A stretch of DNA of 54,326 nucleotides from Octopus bimaculoides (lineage: Eukaryota). The stretch is taken from positions 29,691,043-29,745,368 of the forward strand of contig NC_069000.1 of the NCBI RefSeq assembly GCF_001194135.2. The letters run 5' to 3'. Made by a program: the position numbers and the translations under genes. Position 1 is the first letter of the stretch, and the number at the start of each line of letters is the position of its first letter. This document shows positions 25,310 through 38,581 of this stretch, piece by piece. Below the pieces are notes generated by a model that had not been told where the DNA came from, searched no databases, and worked only from the letters and a program-made list of their open reading frames with translations.

Positions 25310-26561
25310 ACCTCCAATATGTACAAAAAAAAAAACAGGATGGTCTTAGTTCTGTTGCTTCAGGAATGATTTTGGACTTACAATTTGAGTGCTGATTGGC
25401 ACTCACCATATCATGAGAAGTGAGTGTGAAGTTCAAAGAATCTGATAAAAGTGGACCTTGTTAAATAAAAGCAAGTAAAACAAATGGAACCTGTAATATA
25501 TTTAAAGCAAAAACCTTAATATTATTTGTCTCCGACCTCTGGTCTCATCACAACAATTGGTGATTCTGATTGGTGAGATAGGAAAACCAACCAAACCTTG
25601 TAGATAGGTATATCAAAATATACATTTAACATTTCTCAGATGTAACTTTAGCTTCTGATCAAACAGACTTACAAGTGTCTATACAAATTATTACAAGTTA
25701 TAATTTTCAATCACTATCCAGAACCAACATCTTAAAATGTCAAGATGAAAGAAATCAGTTGCTATTTCTAGCAGGTCAACACTTTCATTGGACCAAATAC
25801 GCAAGTAACCTCATTTATGCTTTTTATGCCACTGTTACAGAGATGGCAGCTAAGTTTCCAGTAAAAGAAGCCTATGCTCCAGATTCGATCTGTTGTTTCA
25901 CTATTTCACCTATTCTACTATACTGCAACGCTCTAGTTTGACCCAAAAAGGTGCCACAACTCCTTTCCGATGAGGCGAGGGAGATGATGATCAAGCAATA
26001 ATGGGTTAGACTGACAAACTTCGACCCTCCAACAAAGTAAATTTTTGATATTTTAACATGCAAGTGCTTAAATTGACCAGATACCAGAGACGACCATCAC
26101 TTCTCTCAAGTTACCATAAATAACACAAGTGACAGAATAAAGTTGATACAAAGCCCCCAGTTAAAATCTTGTCACCAAAACAGTGACAACAGCAAGAAAC
26201 GCTTTTCTTTAAAAGTCCAAGCTTAACAGCAACATCGCATAATTAACGAAGATATTGTACTGATTGACAAATTAATCTAAACAAGACCTGAAATCCGAAT
26301 ACCGAGAACAAAATACCATAAGATATTTCGTCTATCACTGACCTGTTAATTGCCGTTAAATAATTATTTCTAGCAGACAGTCCCAAATTTGTGGGTAAAG
26401 TACAGTTGATCAAATCAATCCAATACAGACTGGTATTGTATTGACCAAAGAAGGATGAACGACAACGTCGACCTCTAGGAATTGAGCCTAGAACCATATG
26501 CGAGGCATAAATACCGCTATGTATTTTAGCTGGCACTCGCACACTAACCATTCTAATATTG

Positions 26562-26755
26562 GCTTCAAATTTTGGCACAAGGCCAGCAATTTCGGTGGAG
26601 GGATTAAGTCGAATTCATCGACCCCAGTGCTCGACTAGTACTTATTTTATCGACCCAGAGTCGACCTCGGCGGAATTTGAACTCAAGACGTAAAAACAGA
26701 CGACGCTAAGCATTTTGCCCGGCGTGCTAACGATTCTGCCAGCAGCTCACCGCCC
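26562..26755 (-). mobile_element. tRNA-derived SINE family B
   Basis: The reverse complement starts ggcggtgagctgctggcagaatcgttagcacgccgggc and has the B-box gagttcaaattcc; it matches the 50575-50789 copy. Confidence 0.8.
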
Positions 26756-29700
26756 ATTCAAACATTGATAATAAAAAAGAGCAGATCAGGTGGGTATTTG
26801 GATCAGTCACAAAAGTAGCCAAGAGAACTGTAATTCTAACATCATCCCACATACAGCTGGACCATATTTCTTATATAAACTTTGGCAGGAGTTGACATTA
26901 ACCAGGATCCAACAAAACGACGATGGTAATAAATTCTCCCTGCCACATCCATATACCCCTATCAGAGGAAGGATGTAGTAGTCCCGTACTTCATTCAAGT
27001 TTCGAGTGAAACGAAAGTAAAACAAGGACCAGGTAAAACACCCGAAATTTTAAGCTCCATCTGTATAAACTACATTAGCCCCAAAACTATGACAACAATG
27101 TAGGACAGGCAATAGTTTATTCTCCTCGTATATGCCTCAACAGACGTACAGAGCTAAATTTAAGTCTTTTTTTTTTTTTTTTTTTGCAAATCAAATTTCC
27201 TGTAAAATTGTAATAATTTTTATATTTATTCGATCCGTAGTTTTCATTACATTTAACAGTGCTCACTTTTGTAAAAAAAAATTTAAGCATAATACATTTG
27301 AGACAGCGTACTACATTTTATTGAGTCGACGCTTTTCATGCTTTAACTTTCGTTTTACAAGGGCATATTAAAATAGGACGACACTAAGAAATGTTGCAGA
27401 CAATTCGACACTCGCCAGTGTTCGCTTCAGGATTTCAATATATTTGTACAATGCCATACGAAAGTTAGATATCTCGTTCCAAAGGTCAGAACTGGTAAAT
27501 TCTTCACTTATCCTATGTTCAACGTTCAAGTGTTCTTTCATTCTGGAGACTTTCCCCAGGAAATGATTAAACGTGGAACTGTAAAAAGTGTATATAAAAA
27601 AGGTAGAGACTTCATCTTTAGCATTGAAGGGATCTGCAGCTATTTCTAACAGGCCGAGCGACTGCGGGAGCTATGTGGCTGAGCATACGAGAAATTGCCG
27701 AATGTCAAACAGAAAAACTCATGAGATGAGATGCGAAACTACTACCAGTAAATCGAGCAACCGACCAAAGAGGCGCTCACGTTAGTTTGTGACCTTGATG
27801 TAATTAACGTGTCTACAGGGAAAATGTGGGAAGAATAGAGTTTCGATGAGAAGCAATACTAAAAAAGAAAAAGGTTTATTAGATATGAGAAAATCGTTAG
27901 ACAAAGGAAAATTAACATAGCTTCTCTATACTACAATAGAAAAAATTATAAGCCATTTCAATAAAGAACCAAAACGAGCCACATGGCGGAGAAACAAGAT
28001 GTTCTGATGTTCATGCTTGTTATCGGTCGCATTAAATCATAAACAATTGCAGCATTTGTTACTTTTAAAACAGCCATAAGATTTTTTGAGAACTTCTCTC
28101 TCCCGCAAGAATAAAAACTGAAGTCAAAATACTATAGAAGAGAGGGGGGGGAAGCATCTGAAGTGTCGTTAGGCATACAGAAGGATTGAAACCGAATCGT
28201 CAGCTAAATTTACAGAAAATTTGCTACATCTTGATCAATATCACTGGAATTATTACGAATGGGGCTGCATTGAATAAAATCAAAGCTCAAACTTGGCAGT
28301 GATTTTAAATTAGATGAAATCAGATCATTAAGACAGATTCATCACCATATGGAAGCTGGTTCGTCTAGTGATGATGGCTTTTGTTAAGAGGAAGACGAAA
28401 TTGAGTACAGTGAATGGATGTGGTGACAGTAAAGAATATGATTGGAGTAGCAACATTCAGGGTGGGAGATAATAATTTGATCGGAGGGGGAGAAAGTAAG
28501 AACAATAAAGGTGTAGAAAATGGTAGGAGGAAGAAGAAAGAAGCAGGTGATTCAAGAGAGACAATTAACATGTCAGGTCACGTGGTGGTTTCACATTGCC
28601 AATATGGAAATGATTAACGTGAGAGAAGAATAGTTAGAATAGCTGGTAGAGTATGTCACATTTTTTTTTTATCAATAAATTCTTTTATAAGTCTTGAATT
28701 TTTAGCGCTTTGTCCAACAAAGAAATTGGTTTCTTTCCGTTACCTAAGGTTGCTTGTGTTGTGAGGTGTCCGCAGACAACTTTGCGCCTAAATAACCCTA
28801 TCAAGACTAAAATTCTTTGGTTCTAAATATATCTGAGTTAATTATTCGCATATTCTATTGAATGAAAATTCTTTTCTCAAGCTGTAAAAAACAAGTGAAT
28901 ATGAATGTGTGCGTATATAACATAGACAATTTCATCTCCCCCATCACTTCCTCGTGTATGTGTGTGTATATATATATATATACACACACACACAGAGACA
29001 CACGTCCGAAGGTGAGAATCGAACATTTGAAATTTCAGCTTCCCAATAAACAGACTACATAACTATTTTCAGTTTGAGTATTGTTTTTGTTCACATTCAA
29101 GAGGAGAGGAGGGAATAGGGATAATGAAAGGCAACAAAGAAGCTGGGACATGAAATAGAAAAGATAAAATGTGAATATATCAAGTTAAATTTCGTACAGA
29201 AATTTTAAGACATCCATAGTTCAGAAAGACAAATTAAATTTTGTACAAATGTTGCAGGATTATATTTTTATTCATTCATAACAGAGCATTTATGGAAGAC
29301 AGTTATTGTCGGTTATACCGACATCAGGATTTGACAATCAGAACATCAAAGAGGTACAGTCCTGATTTTGGCGGGATTCGAAATCAGAAAATAGAGTAAT
29401 ACAACGAAATGTCGCATGGCATTTTGTTTCCCGGTCTATTACCAGTGCCTTTTCTACACAAGTAGTGATTCTACTATAGTATACAAAGATACAGACTTCA
29501 TCATGTTCACATTAAACCACCAAACATCTAATACTTGACTCGTAATTTACTTTATCCCTGGATCAATGAAATATTAAATCGACGAATAGACTTAATCCGC
29601 TCTAACTTCCAAAAGTGTTTAAAACTGGGGTCACAACTGTATGCCAGTACAAAATCTTTAGGTGATGCTTCGTTGCCACATACATCAACAATATGGAAAT

Positions 29701-30386
29701 TTGAGCGTCGGATTACACTTTACACGCTTAAAACGATAACGTAAAATCACAATTTCAATTGCTATTTTGTGTATATAATTGCTATAAATAGTCACAAAAC
29801 ATTGATATTTATTTTCAACATTATACATAGAAATTTACAAAGAATTCATACACACATGACTAAAGCCGAATTAAAAATATTGAAACGGAAACTCACAGTA
29901 ATGGCCAAACTTAAATACTTAATGAACACAAATGATGTATTGAGTAAAATTTACAATATAACAGACTATTCTAGTGAATATAAATTTTGCGATATCTCTA
30001 AAATTCAAGAACATGGAGAAAGCGTTAACTAAAAATATGTATTCTCATCATGTCTAGTCTAGATAATTCTTTGTTATACCGTAAATCTAATTTTAACCCA
30101 AAGCATCGTTTAAATGTTCTTCAAATGTCTATTGTATCAGAAGCTCGTTTCGAGGTTCATTATTTTAACTTAAAACTGAATACAAAAGACACATCACAAT
30201 ACAAATTTTATATATATAAAAGAAAGGCACATGGCTCTGAGGTGAATTATTATGGCTGGTGGTGTCTGGGTGGAAGAAATTACTAAGAGACGTAGTATGA
30301 AGCTTACTAATTGTGTGAGTGCAATTGTGAATGGTTCAGTGAGTTCATAGATAAAAAGTAGTGGTATACATGTGTGCAATACATAC

Positions 30387-30423
<37 letters not shown>

Positions 30424-31347
30424 GAAGTATGTATATTTTTTAACCTGTGCTTAAATTATATTCAACTGAACACACCACATGGCTTTTGATGTTCAATCAT
30501 GGCTGGTAAGAAGTCGACAGGAATTTGAAAGGGAAGGAGAGGGATGCGGTTTACATACCACACACACACACACACACACACACGTGTGTGTACAATGTAC
30601 TTAAGTCTCACTGTAAAATTAGGACCACGAGGATCGAACCGACCAGTTTCGTCGTAATTTAACAATTTCTCCGATTCACTCTCAGTTACTAATGCCCTTG
30701 AGAAAGACATTGCACGTCTACACAATCTCATTTCCACCACTATGAATTGCCAAAGTGAGAAATGTATATTTAAATCGGTGAGCCAAAAAATATATATTAC
30801 TAACATGTGCATGTTTAAGACTGGATGGAGTATAGGATAAAGTTCTGAAATCAGAATTCATCAACAAACATGACATTAACCACCCACACACATAAGCTGA
30901 GATTTATGTCTGTGTGTGCGTATTTTAAATGGAGCGAATTGCAGCCTAGATAAAGACAGGGTAAAATAGCTGAGATTAGCGAACATCTGTAAAAAGCAAC
31001 AACACACATTACATATAATCTACCTCCCTCGTTGATGGAGGACCACTGACAGAAGAAATATTACAATAGTTATGGTTTTAGCTAGACATGTCTCAGGCAG
31101 AAAATAACTGATGGAGGGATGAGACCGGAAGATGAGTTTATCTTGCATTTGAACTGGGAAAAACTACAGGCATGAACACACACATATATATATATCATAT
31201 ACATATATACACACACACACACACACAGAGGAATGGACGATTCTTAAGTCTTACATCTTATAGAGAATATTATGTAAAATAAATATAATCATAACTAAAT
31301 CTATTGTCGATTATTCTGATAGTTTATGCGTTTAATTCCAAGTATTA

Positions 31348-31677
<330 letters not shown>

Positions 31678-33508
31678 TCACTCCCTCTCTATTCCTACTA
31701 TACATTTCAATTCGCCTTCTCCTCACACTCACACTACTTCTACGCCTCAATTTAACTTTATCTACTCCTCACACACCCTTATTCTTACTCAAGATTTCTT
31801 TTTTACTTCCACCTTATTTACTTTGTATTCCTTCTCTAGATTTCATGTTATACCCTTCTTACACAAACGCTACTCATACTCATAACCTCTTCCTTTCCCC
31901 CACTCAACTCTGAGTTCTACTCATCCATTCTTCGCTCATTCTCCTGTCTAGGTTTTATTAAATTTCTTTCCTTCCTTATTTGCTCGCTATTCCGATTTTA
32001 GATCTTACGTAGTTCTCATCTCCACTCTTCTTCAACACCAATTAACATTTCGTTTTTCTCCGTGCGAGAGTTCTGCTCGAAACGGTAGACTCTTCTTCAC
32101 GGCAGGAAATGTTTTTGATTTATTATTTATTTAGTTATTAATCTGCTGATGTTTCAGCTGTAAGAAATGTAAGAACCAATGCCAATTTCTGGCATTTTTC
32201 ACCTACCCACAAGGATAAATGTTTTAATGTCTGTTTTCTCTGTTTATACAGCTTAATGTACTATAATTTGTTATGGTCGAAATAAATGAGAATTTGATAG
32301 AAATGATTATCAATAGAGGACCTGGATTGGCAGAATTGTTAAATCGTTGGACAAAATCTTACGGTATTTGGTTACGACCCTTTATTTCCTAAATTCAAAT
32401 TCTGCCCAGGTCAACTTTCCACCAGAGTTGATAAAATAAAATATCAGTCAAGAACAGGAATCAATTTAATACACCTGTATAATATCCTAAATTTGAATGG
32501 AATTCTTGTGGGAGACATTAGTCGCACTTTCATCCTCCTCCCTCCTCCTTAACCAATGTAAATTTTTACTATTTCACATGTCTCACTTCGAAGGTGAAAT
32601 GTATTTTTTCCCAAGTGTTTTTAATGTACTTCGAACGAATCAGTCTACAAAATCGCCGTAAATTACTCAGTTTTCAAATAAACTATCCACTCAAAGCGAG
32701 ACGAATAATAGTAAAAATTTTGCACGAACACATGGCTCTATGTAAAAAAAATCCCACTCGCCATTATTTTATATGAGGCAATGTTGCCAATGTAAAGAAT
32801 TCAGACACTTTATTGTGAATGAATTTTTAAAATTTCGTGTTTGAAAATTGACGCCCGCGCTTTTTTTTTTTAGCTCTTCGGTATTTACCAAATGTTTCGA
32901 GCTATCGATTTCTTTGTAATTGGAGAAAGTATTTTGCATGAAATTTAAAAAACAAAAACTTCCCTTTATTACTTTCTTCTCTTCCACACTCAACATCGTT
33001 CGCTCGTGTTCTGCCGTCTTCTTTGCCTCCCTCTTTCTTTTATACATTTTATTTTTCACCTGTTTCTCACTTTCGACTCAGTCTTTTTAATAGAAATAAT
33101 TTACAGAATGAAATATATTTTATGTCGCTATTAATTTCGGGACAAAACCATTCGTCGCAGAGAAATGTCAAATGGTGTAAAAAAAAATATATATATATAT
33201 ATACATTGGCATAGATAGAGAGAGAGAGAAGGAATGGCAGGTATAATAGGAGGAAGTGGCAACGGCCGGAGAGAGAGAGAGAAAATGGGAAATATAGGAG
33301 GAGGAAATGGCAACGACCAGAGAGACAGGAAAAATAAAGGGAACGCTAACCGATTTCAAATTTGATGGAAGGAAGAGATAGGAAAAGTGAAACGCTTATT
33401 CAGATACGAAATCATGGGCAGATAAACATTGAAGTATCTACACATGCATGTATAAGTAAAAGCATAGGGCTATAAAACAGTCAATGGAAGAACAATGCAA
33501 ACAAGAGG

Positions 33509-33870
33509 TAATGTTGACATTATTACCCGGAAACGAAATCGAAAAAAATAATGCAACGGGTGTAAAAAAAAAAAATGGGTGTAGGAAACGAATAAGAAAA
33601 CAAAATTTCCCGGGAAAGCAACGGGGGGTGGGGAGAGGCCTTCGGAAGATTCACAAGGTCCGATGTTTTTCCCTCATAACTTTGAGGAAAATGGATATCT
33701 TTCTACTTCACACCCACGTAGGAAACGAATCTGAAAACAGAAATGCGCGGAAAGCAACGGAGTGGGGAGAGGACTTCGGAAAATTCACAAGATTCTCAAG
33801 ATCTAAGTTTTTCCCGTGTAACTTTGAGGAAAATGGATATCCTTTAATGAAATTGTATATAAATACCTTT
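33509..33870. repeat. Modular repeat with ~130-bp subunits; inverted partner at 36295-36673
   Basis: taatgttgacattattacc...gtgtaggaaacgaat...ggaaagcaacgg...ccttcggaa.attcacaag...aactttgaggaaaatggatat is reverse-complementary to 36295-36673 (roughly 85% identical by eye). Confidence 0.85.
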
Positions 33871-34408
33871 TAAATGGCATGCATTACGGATGCTTAATGT
33901 GCTGCAAACCCCATATTTTTCTTTGGGAAAAGTGATGGGGACCGGAATTATTGGAAAATGTTTTTCTTTTTCCAATGATTGAATTACGGTGACCTAATAT
34001 TCCACAAAACACTTTTTTGTATGGAAAACAGGGGCTGTTTCTTTCTTTAAAATTTCGTTAAATTTTTACAAGTGCACCTTTATAAAAATTAGTGGTAATG
34101 AAGTCTGGACAGGAGAGAGAGATACAAAATCCTTATGTTTGTGTGTGTGTGAAACAAAGTATTATATCAAAACAAAATATCTTTTACATACCTCTTTAAA
34201 ATTACTAGTTTTCAAATGGTATTCAATGTTGTCACTTTCCTTTAGCAATTTTTTGTGCCAAAATTTTGCTCGGGTAAACTAATACATTTCAATTTTGTGT
34301 GGAGAGAGGGAGAGAGAAACAAAAACTTCCAATGGCATAGCAATGTTATGGGTCAAATGGAGCGAGTGAGTGATTTCATATATATGTGTGCATATGTATA
34401 TATATATA

Positions 34409-34436
34409 CTAGCTGATGTACCCAGTAATTGCCGGG
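34409..34436 (-). mobile_element. Helitron-like 3' terminus
   Basis: The minus strand reads cccggcaattactggg (hairpin)...CTAG|T, the same architecture as the end at 43003-43030. Confidence 0.5.
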
Positions 34437-34481
34437 AAAGCAGGGTTTATCCCTTGGTTCTATTCTCATAATTGTTTCACA

Positions 34482-34875
34482 GGCGTATGAGTGGTTGTGT
34501 GGTAAGTAGCTTGCTTACCAACCACATGGTTCCGGGTTCAATCCCACTCTGTGGCACCTTAGGCAAGTGTCTTCTACTATAGCCTCAGGCCGACCAAAGC
34601 CTTGTGAGTGGATTTGGTAGACAGAAACTGAAAGAAGCCCATTGTATATATGTATATATATATGTGTGTGTGTCTGTGTTTGTCCCCCCAACATCGCTTG
34701 ACAACCGATGCTAGTGTGTTTACGTCCCTGTAACTTAGCGGTTCAGCAAAAGAAACTGATAGAATAAGTACTAGGCTTAGAAAGAATAAGTCCTGGGATT
34801 GATTTGCTCGACTAAAGGCGGTGCTCCAGCATGGCCACAGTCAAATGACTGAAACAAGTAAAAGAGTAAGAGTAA
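34482..34875 (+). mobile_element. tRNA-derived SINE family A, full length
   Basis: Head ggcgtatgagtggttgtgtggtaag...ggttcaatccc, conserved body, tail aaaagagtaagagtaa. Confidence 0.88.
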
Positions 34876-36294
34876 TCCAATAACAACAATAAAAAGTATG
34901 TAGCCCTTAAAGCGATTTTGGGCATTTACAGAGAATACCGAACTGTCTTACACAGGATCTTGTTTTGGGGTATTCCCAATAAGTTATGAATACACAAATT
35001 GTGAAGTCAGCTGCGTAATAACATGAAATTGATTACCTGATAGTAAGAATTCAAATAAAGTAGCCCCGAAAACGGCTTTAATGCGTTCCCAGAGTATATA
35101 GATGATAGGAGGAAATACTAATACGGTATGTATACCAAAATCATGAAGCATGTTACATAATAACAGGCTAATCAGATATGAAATAACAATTCAAAGTAAA
35201 TAACTCTGAAAAGGGCTTTTGTGCGTTCCCAGAGAATGTTACCCCCAGGGGAACTAGTGTTAGTATATTCGTGAATAAGTCACTAACTGAAATAAGTGGA
35301 TCTATTGTTTAGAAAATTGCTATTTACTTGTTTAAGGGTAGTACTAGATAAATTGCGAAAATAACTCAAACAGTTCAAATACTAAGAAATAAGCGTACTC
35401 AATTTCATTTTTACCACATAATTTAGGAAAATGAATGGGTTATTTCCCTTGGCTATATATAAGGATCCCTTCTAAGGGCGAAAGGGTCATTTCCCTTGGT
35501 TTTTAAAATAAAACATTTTACATATATATATATATATANNNNNNNNNNNNNNNNNNNNNNNNNNNNNNNNNNNNNNNNNNNNNNNNNNNNNNNNNNNNNN
35601 NNNNNNNNNNNNNNNNNNNNNNNNNNNNNNNNNNNNNNNNNNNNNNNNNNNNNNNNNNNNNNNNNNNNNNNNNNNNNNNNNNNNNNNNNNNNNNNNNNNN
35701 NNNNNNNNNNNNNNNNNNNNNNNNNNNNNNNNNNNNNNNNNNNNNNNNNNNNNNNNNNNNNNNNNNNNNNNNNNNNNNNNNNNNNNNNNNNNNNNNNNNN
35801 NNNNNNNNNNNNNNNNNNNNNNNNNNNNNNNNNNNNNNNNNNNNNNNNNNNNNNNNNNNNNNNNNNNNNNNNNNNNNNNNNNNNNNNNNNNNNNNNNNNN
35901 NNNNNNNNNNNNNNNNNNNNNNNNNNNNNNNNNNNNNNNNNNNNNNNNNNNNNNNNNNNNNNNNNNNNNNNNNNNNNNNNNNNNNNNNNNNNNNNNNNNN
36001 NNNNNNNNNNNNNNNNNNNNNNNNNNNNNNNNNNNNNNNNNNNNNNNNNNNNNNNNNNNNNNNNNNNNNNNNNNNNNNNNNNNNNNNNNNNNNNNNNNNN
36101 NNNNNNNNNNNNNNNNNNNNNNNNNNNNNNNNNNNNNNNNNNNNNNNNNNNNNNNNNNNNNNNNNNNNNNNNNNNNNNNNNNNNNNNNNNNNNNNNNNNN
36201 NNNNNNNNNNNNNNNNNNNNNNNNNNNNNNNNNNNNNNNNNNNNNNNNNNNNNNNNNNNNNNNNNNNNNNNNNNNNNNNNNNNNNNNNNNNNNN

Positions 36295-36673
36295 TTGTTT
36301 TCAGATTTCTTTCCTACATCGATGTGAAGCAGAAAGATATCCATTTTCCTCAAAGTTGCGAGGGAAAAGCATCAGATCTTGTGAATTTTCCGAAGTCCTC
36401 TCCCCACCCCCTCGGAAAAAATTTTGCCCCCAAATTTCTTTATAATCACAATCTATACCATTTGAAAGGTATTTATATAAAATTTCATTAAAGAAACCCA
36501 TTTTCCTAAAAGTTATGAGGGAAAAACATCAGATCTTGTGAATTTTCCGAAGGCCACTCCCCACCCCGTTGCTTTCCGGGCAATTTTGTTTTCATATTCG
36601 TTTCCTACACCTTTTTTTAACACCTGTTGCATTATTTTTTTCAATCTCGTTTCTGGTAATAATGTCAACATTA
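36295..36673. repeat. Inverted partner of the 33509-33870 modular repeat
   Basis: Reverse-complement similarity to 33509-33870; the subunit order differs; the left end is cut by an N-gap. Confidence 0.85.
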
Positions 36674-37029
36674 ACCCAAACAAAACATCACACGCGTGTG
36701 TATGTGTAAAGACACATTACCAAACCTATATATTTATATACAGCAGTGAGGAGGATATTGGGCTTAGAATTATGCAATTTGTGTGTTCAATACCTAGACC
36801 GGGCAACACGTTGTCCTTTAAACAAGGTACATGATTTCACATTGCTCAAGTTTGCTCAGCCAGTGCAGCCTCCCACCACCTGGCTGTCACATCCGTGATG
36901 TCCTACCAAGTCATGAATGGAAAGACTCAGAGGGTGTCTATGTATATTCATGGACTACATAGGAACCGAAAACAATTTCCAACCATAACATATTCATAAG
37001 ATTATTGGTTAAGTATTCCAGAGACACAT

Positions 37030-37260
37030 CTAAGCTTCTTACAAGCCACACAGACTCATAGGGCCAGTTTTCTGGATTCTTTGGCATATATACTTCCCAC
37101 CCCACCCCTGGATGGTATGCCAGTCCATTGCTGAGTGGACTGCAGCAACATGAAATGAAATGTTTTGCTCAACAACACAACACTGCCCAGTCTAGGAATC
37201 GAAACCACAATTTTATGGTCATTAGTCCAACACCTTAACCACTAAACCATACGTCTCCAC
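37030..37260 (-). mobile_element. tRNA-derived SINE, a third family
   Basis: The minus strand starts gtggagacgtatggtttagtggttaagg (A-box) and contains ggtttcgattcc (B-box), followed by a non-tRNA body. Confidence 0.65.
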
Positions 37261-37904
37261 TTAATTTAATTCTCAGGCAGAATCAGTCTGATGCTCTGTG
37301 ATAAAGCTAAACCTTTTATATGCTTTATTTACAGGTACAATCTATCTGACAGGCTTCAATGTAGTTTCCTCACAAGTTATGAGTTGAACTGAGGCTACAG
37401 AAAATAACATTTGTCCAAGAATTGAAACTGAGACTTCATGATTACAAAATAAACTTCTGAACAATTCAGCCCATCCCCTGTAAGCCCCTACATCCATCTA
37501 CATATACGTAGGGGCACACACACACACACACACATCTATGTACATATGATTTTCCTCTCTTCCCCTTGAACACCACCAAACCTCAATTCAATGCCAAACC
37601 CCTTTCCCCAGCAATGCTGTTGCAACTATACTATCATACATCTGTGGCGCTCACAAATACCAAAAGCATGCATATATTCATGTTTACAAACAAGCAAACA
37701 CAGGCGAAAACACAATCACACATGCATATATGTTCTTCTGGACAAACACACATACATTCATACATACACATATAAATACAAAGGTGTCCATATTCACATT
37801 CACCAATCATCCATTCAAAAACACACCCATACATGCATCCTAAACATGTATGCACACTCCAAAGTCACTGTTCACAACCTTCTTGTATAAGAATCCATGA
37901 ACTA

Positions 37905-38315
37905 GCAAACCACATACCTTGTCTGTGTGTTCGATATTGTTTATATCCCTCAACCTGCCTCTAATTCATATTTGAATTATTTCCATGGTATGAAACATTG
38001 GGACATACCAGGAGATGGTTCTTACACCAATTTGCATGTAGATTTAGCTTGCATCATGCCTCATTCAGGTACACAGTGTTGACAAGTCACAATAATGAAG
38101 AATCATTGATGTCCATCACTCCTCAATGGGACCTGGTGCAAGTTATCTCACCTGTCTTTGACTTCTAGGTGTCTTAACACCAGGTACATTGAGAATATAT
38201 TCTCTAACACCCATAATTGTAGCCTACCCACAAATTAGCAAACATATATCTTATGTATGTGTGTTTGATATTGTTTATATCCCTTGGGCTGCTTCTAATT
38301 CATGTTTGAATATAT
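37905..38315. repeat. Unclassified dispersed repeat with ~70-bp direct repeats at both ends; inverted copy at about 43930-44245
   Basis: gatattgtttatatccc...ctaattcat.tttgaat occurs near 37935 and 38265. Internal blocks (tggttcttacacc, gtgttgacaagtcaca, gagaatatattctc) recur reverse-complemented at 43.9-44.2 kb. Confidence 0.7.
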
Positions 38316-38351
38316 GTATATGTGTATACACACACACACACACACATATAT

Positions 38352-38545
38352 ATTCTTTTTACTTGTTTCAGTCATTTGACTGCGGCAAAGCTAGAGCACC
38401 ACCTTGAAGGGTTTTAGTCAAACAAATTGACCCCAGAACTTATTTTTTAAGCTTAGTACTTATTTTATTGGTCTCTTTTTTCCTGAACCACCAAGTTAGG
38501 ATATAAACATACTAACATTAGTTGTCAAGCAGTGATGGAAGGATA
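38352..38545 (-). mobile_element. 3' half of SINE family A, ending in the (TA)n tract that precedes the Penelope-like element
   Basis: ttcttttttacttgtttcagtcatttgactgcggc...ggttgtcaagcagtgatgg matches family A. Confidence 0.7.
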
Positions 38546-38581
38546 AAAACAGTAAAAAGAATATATATATATATATATATA

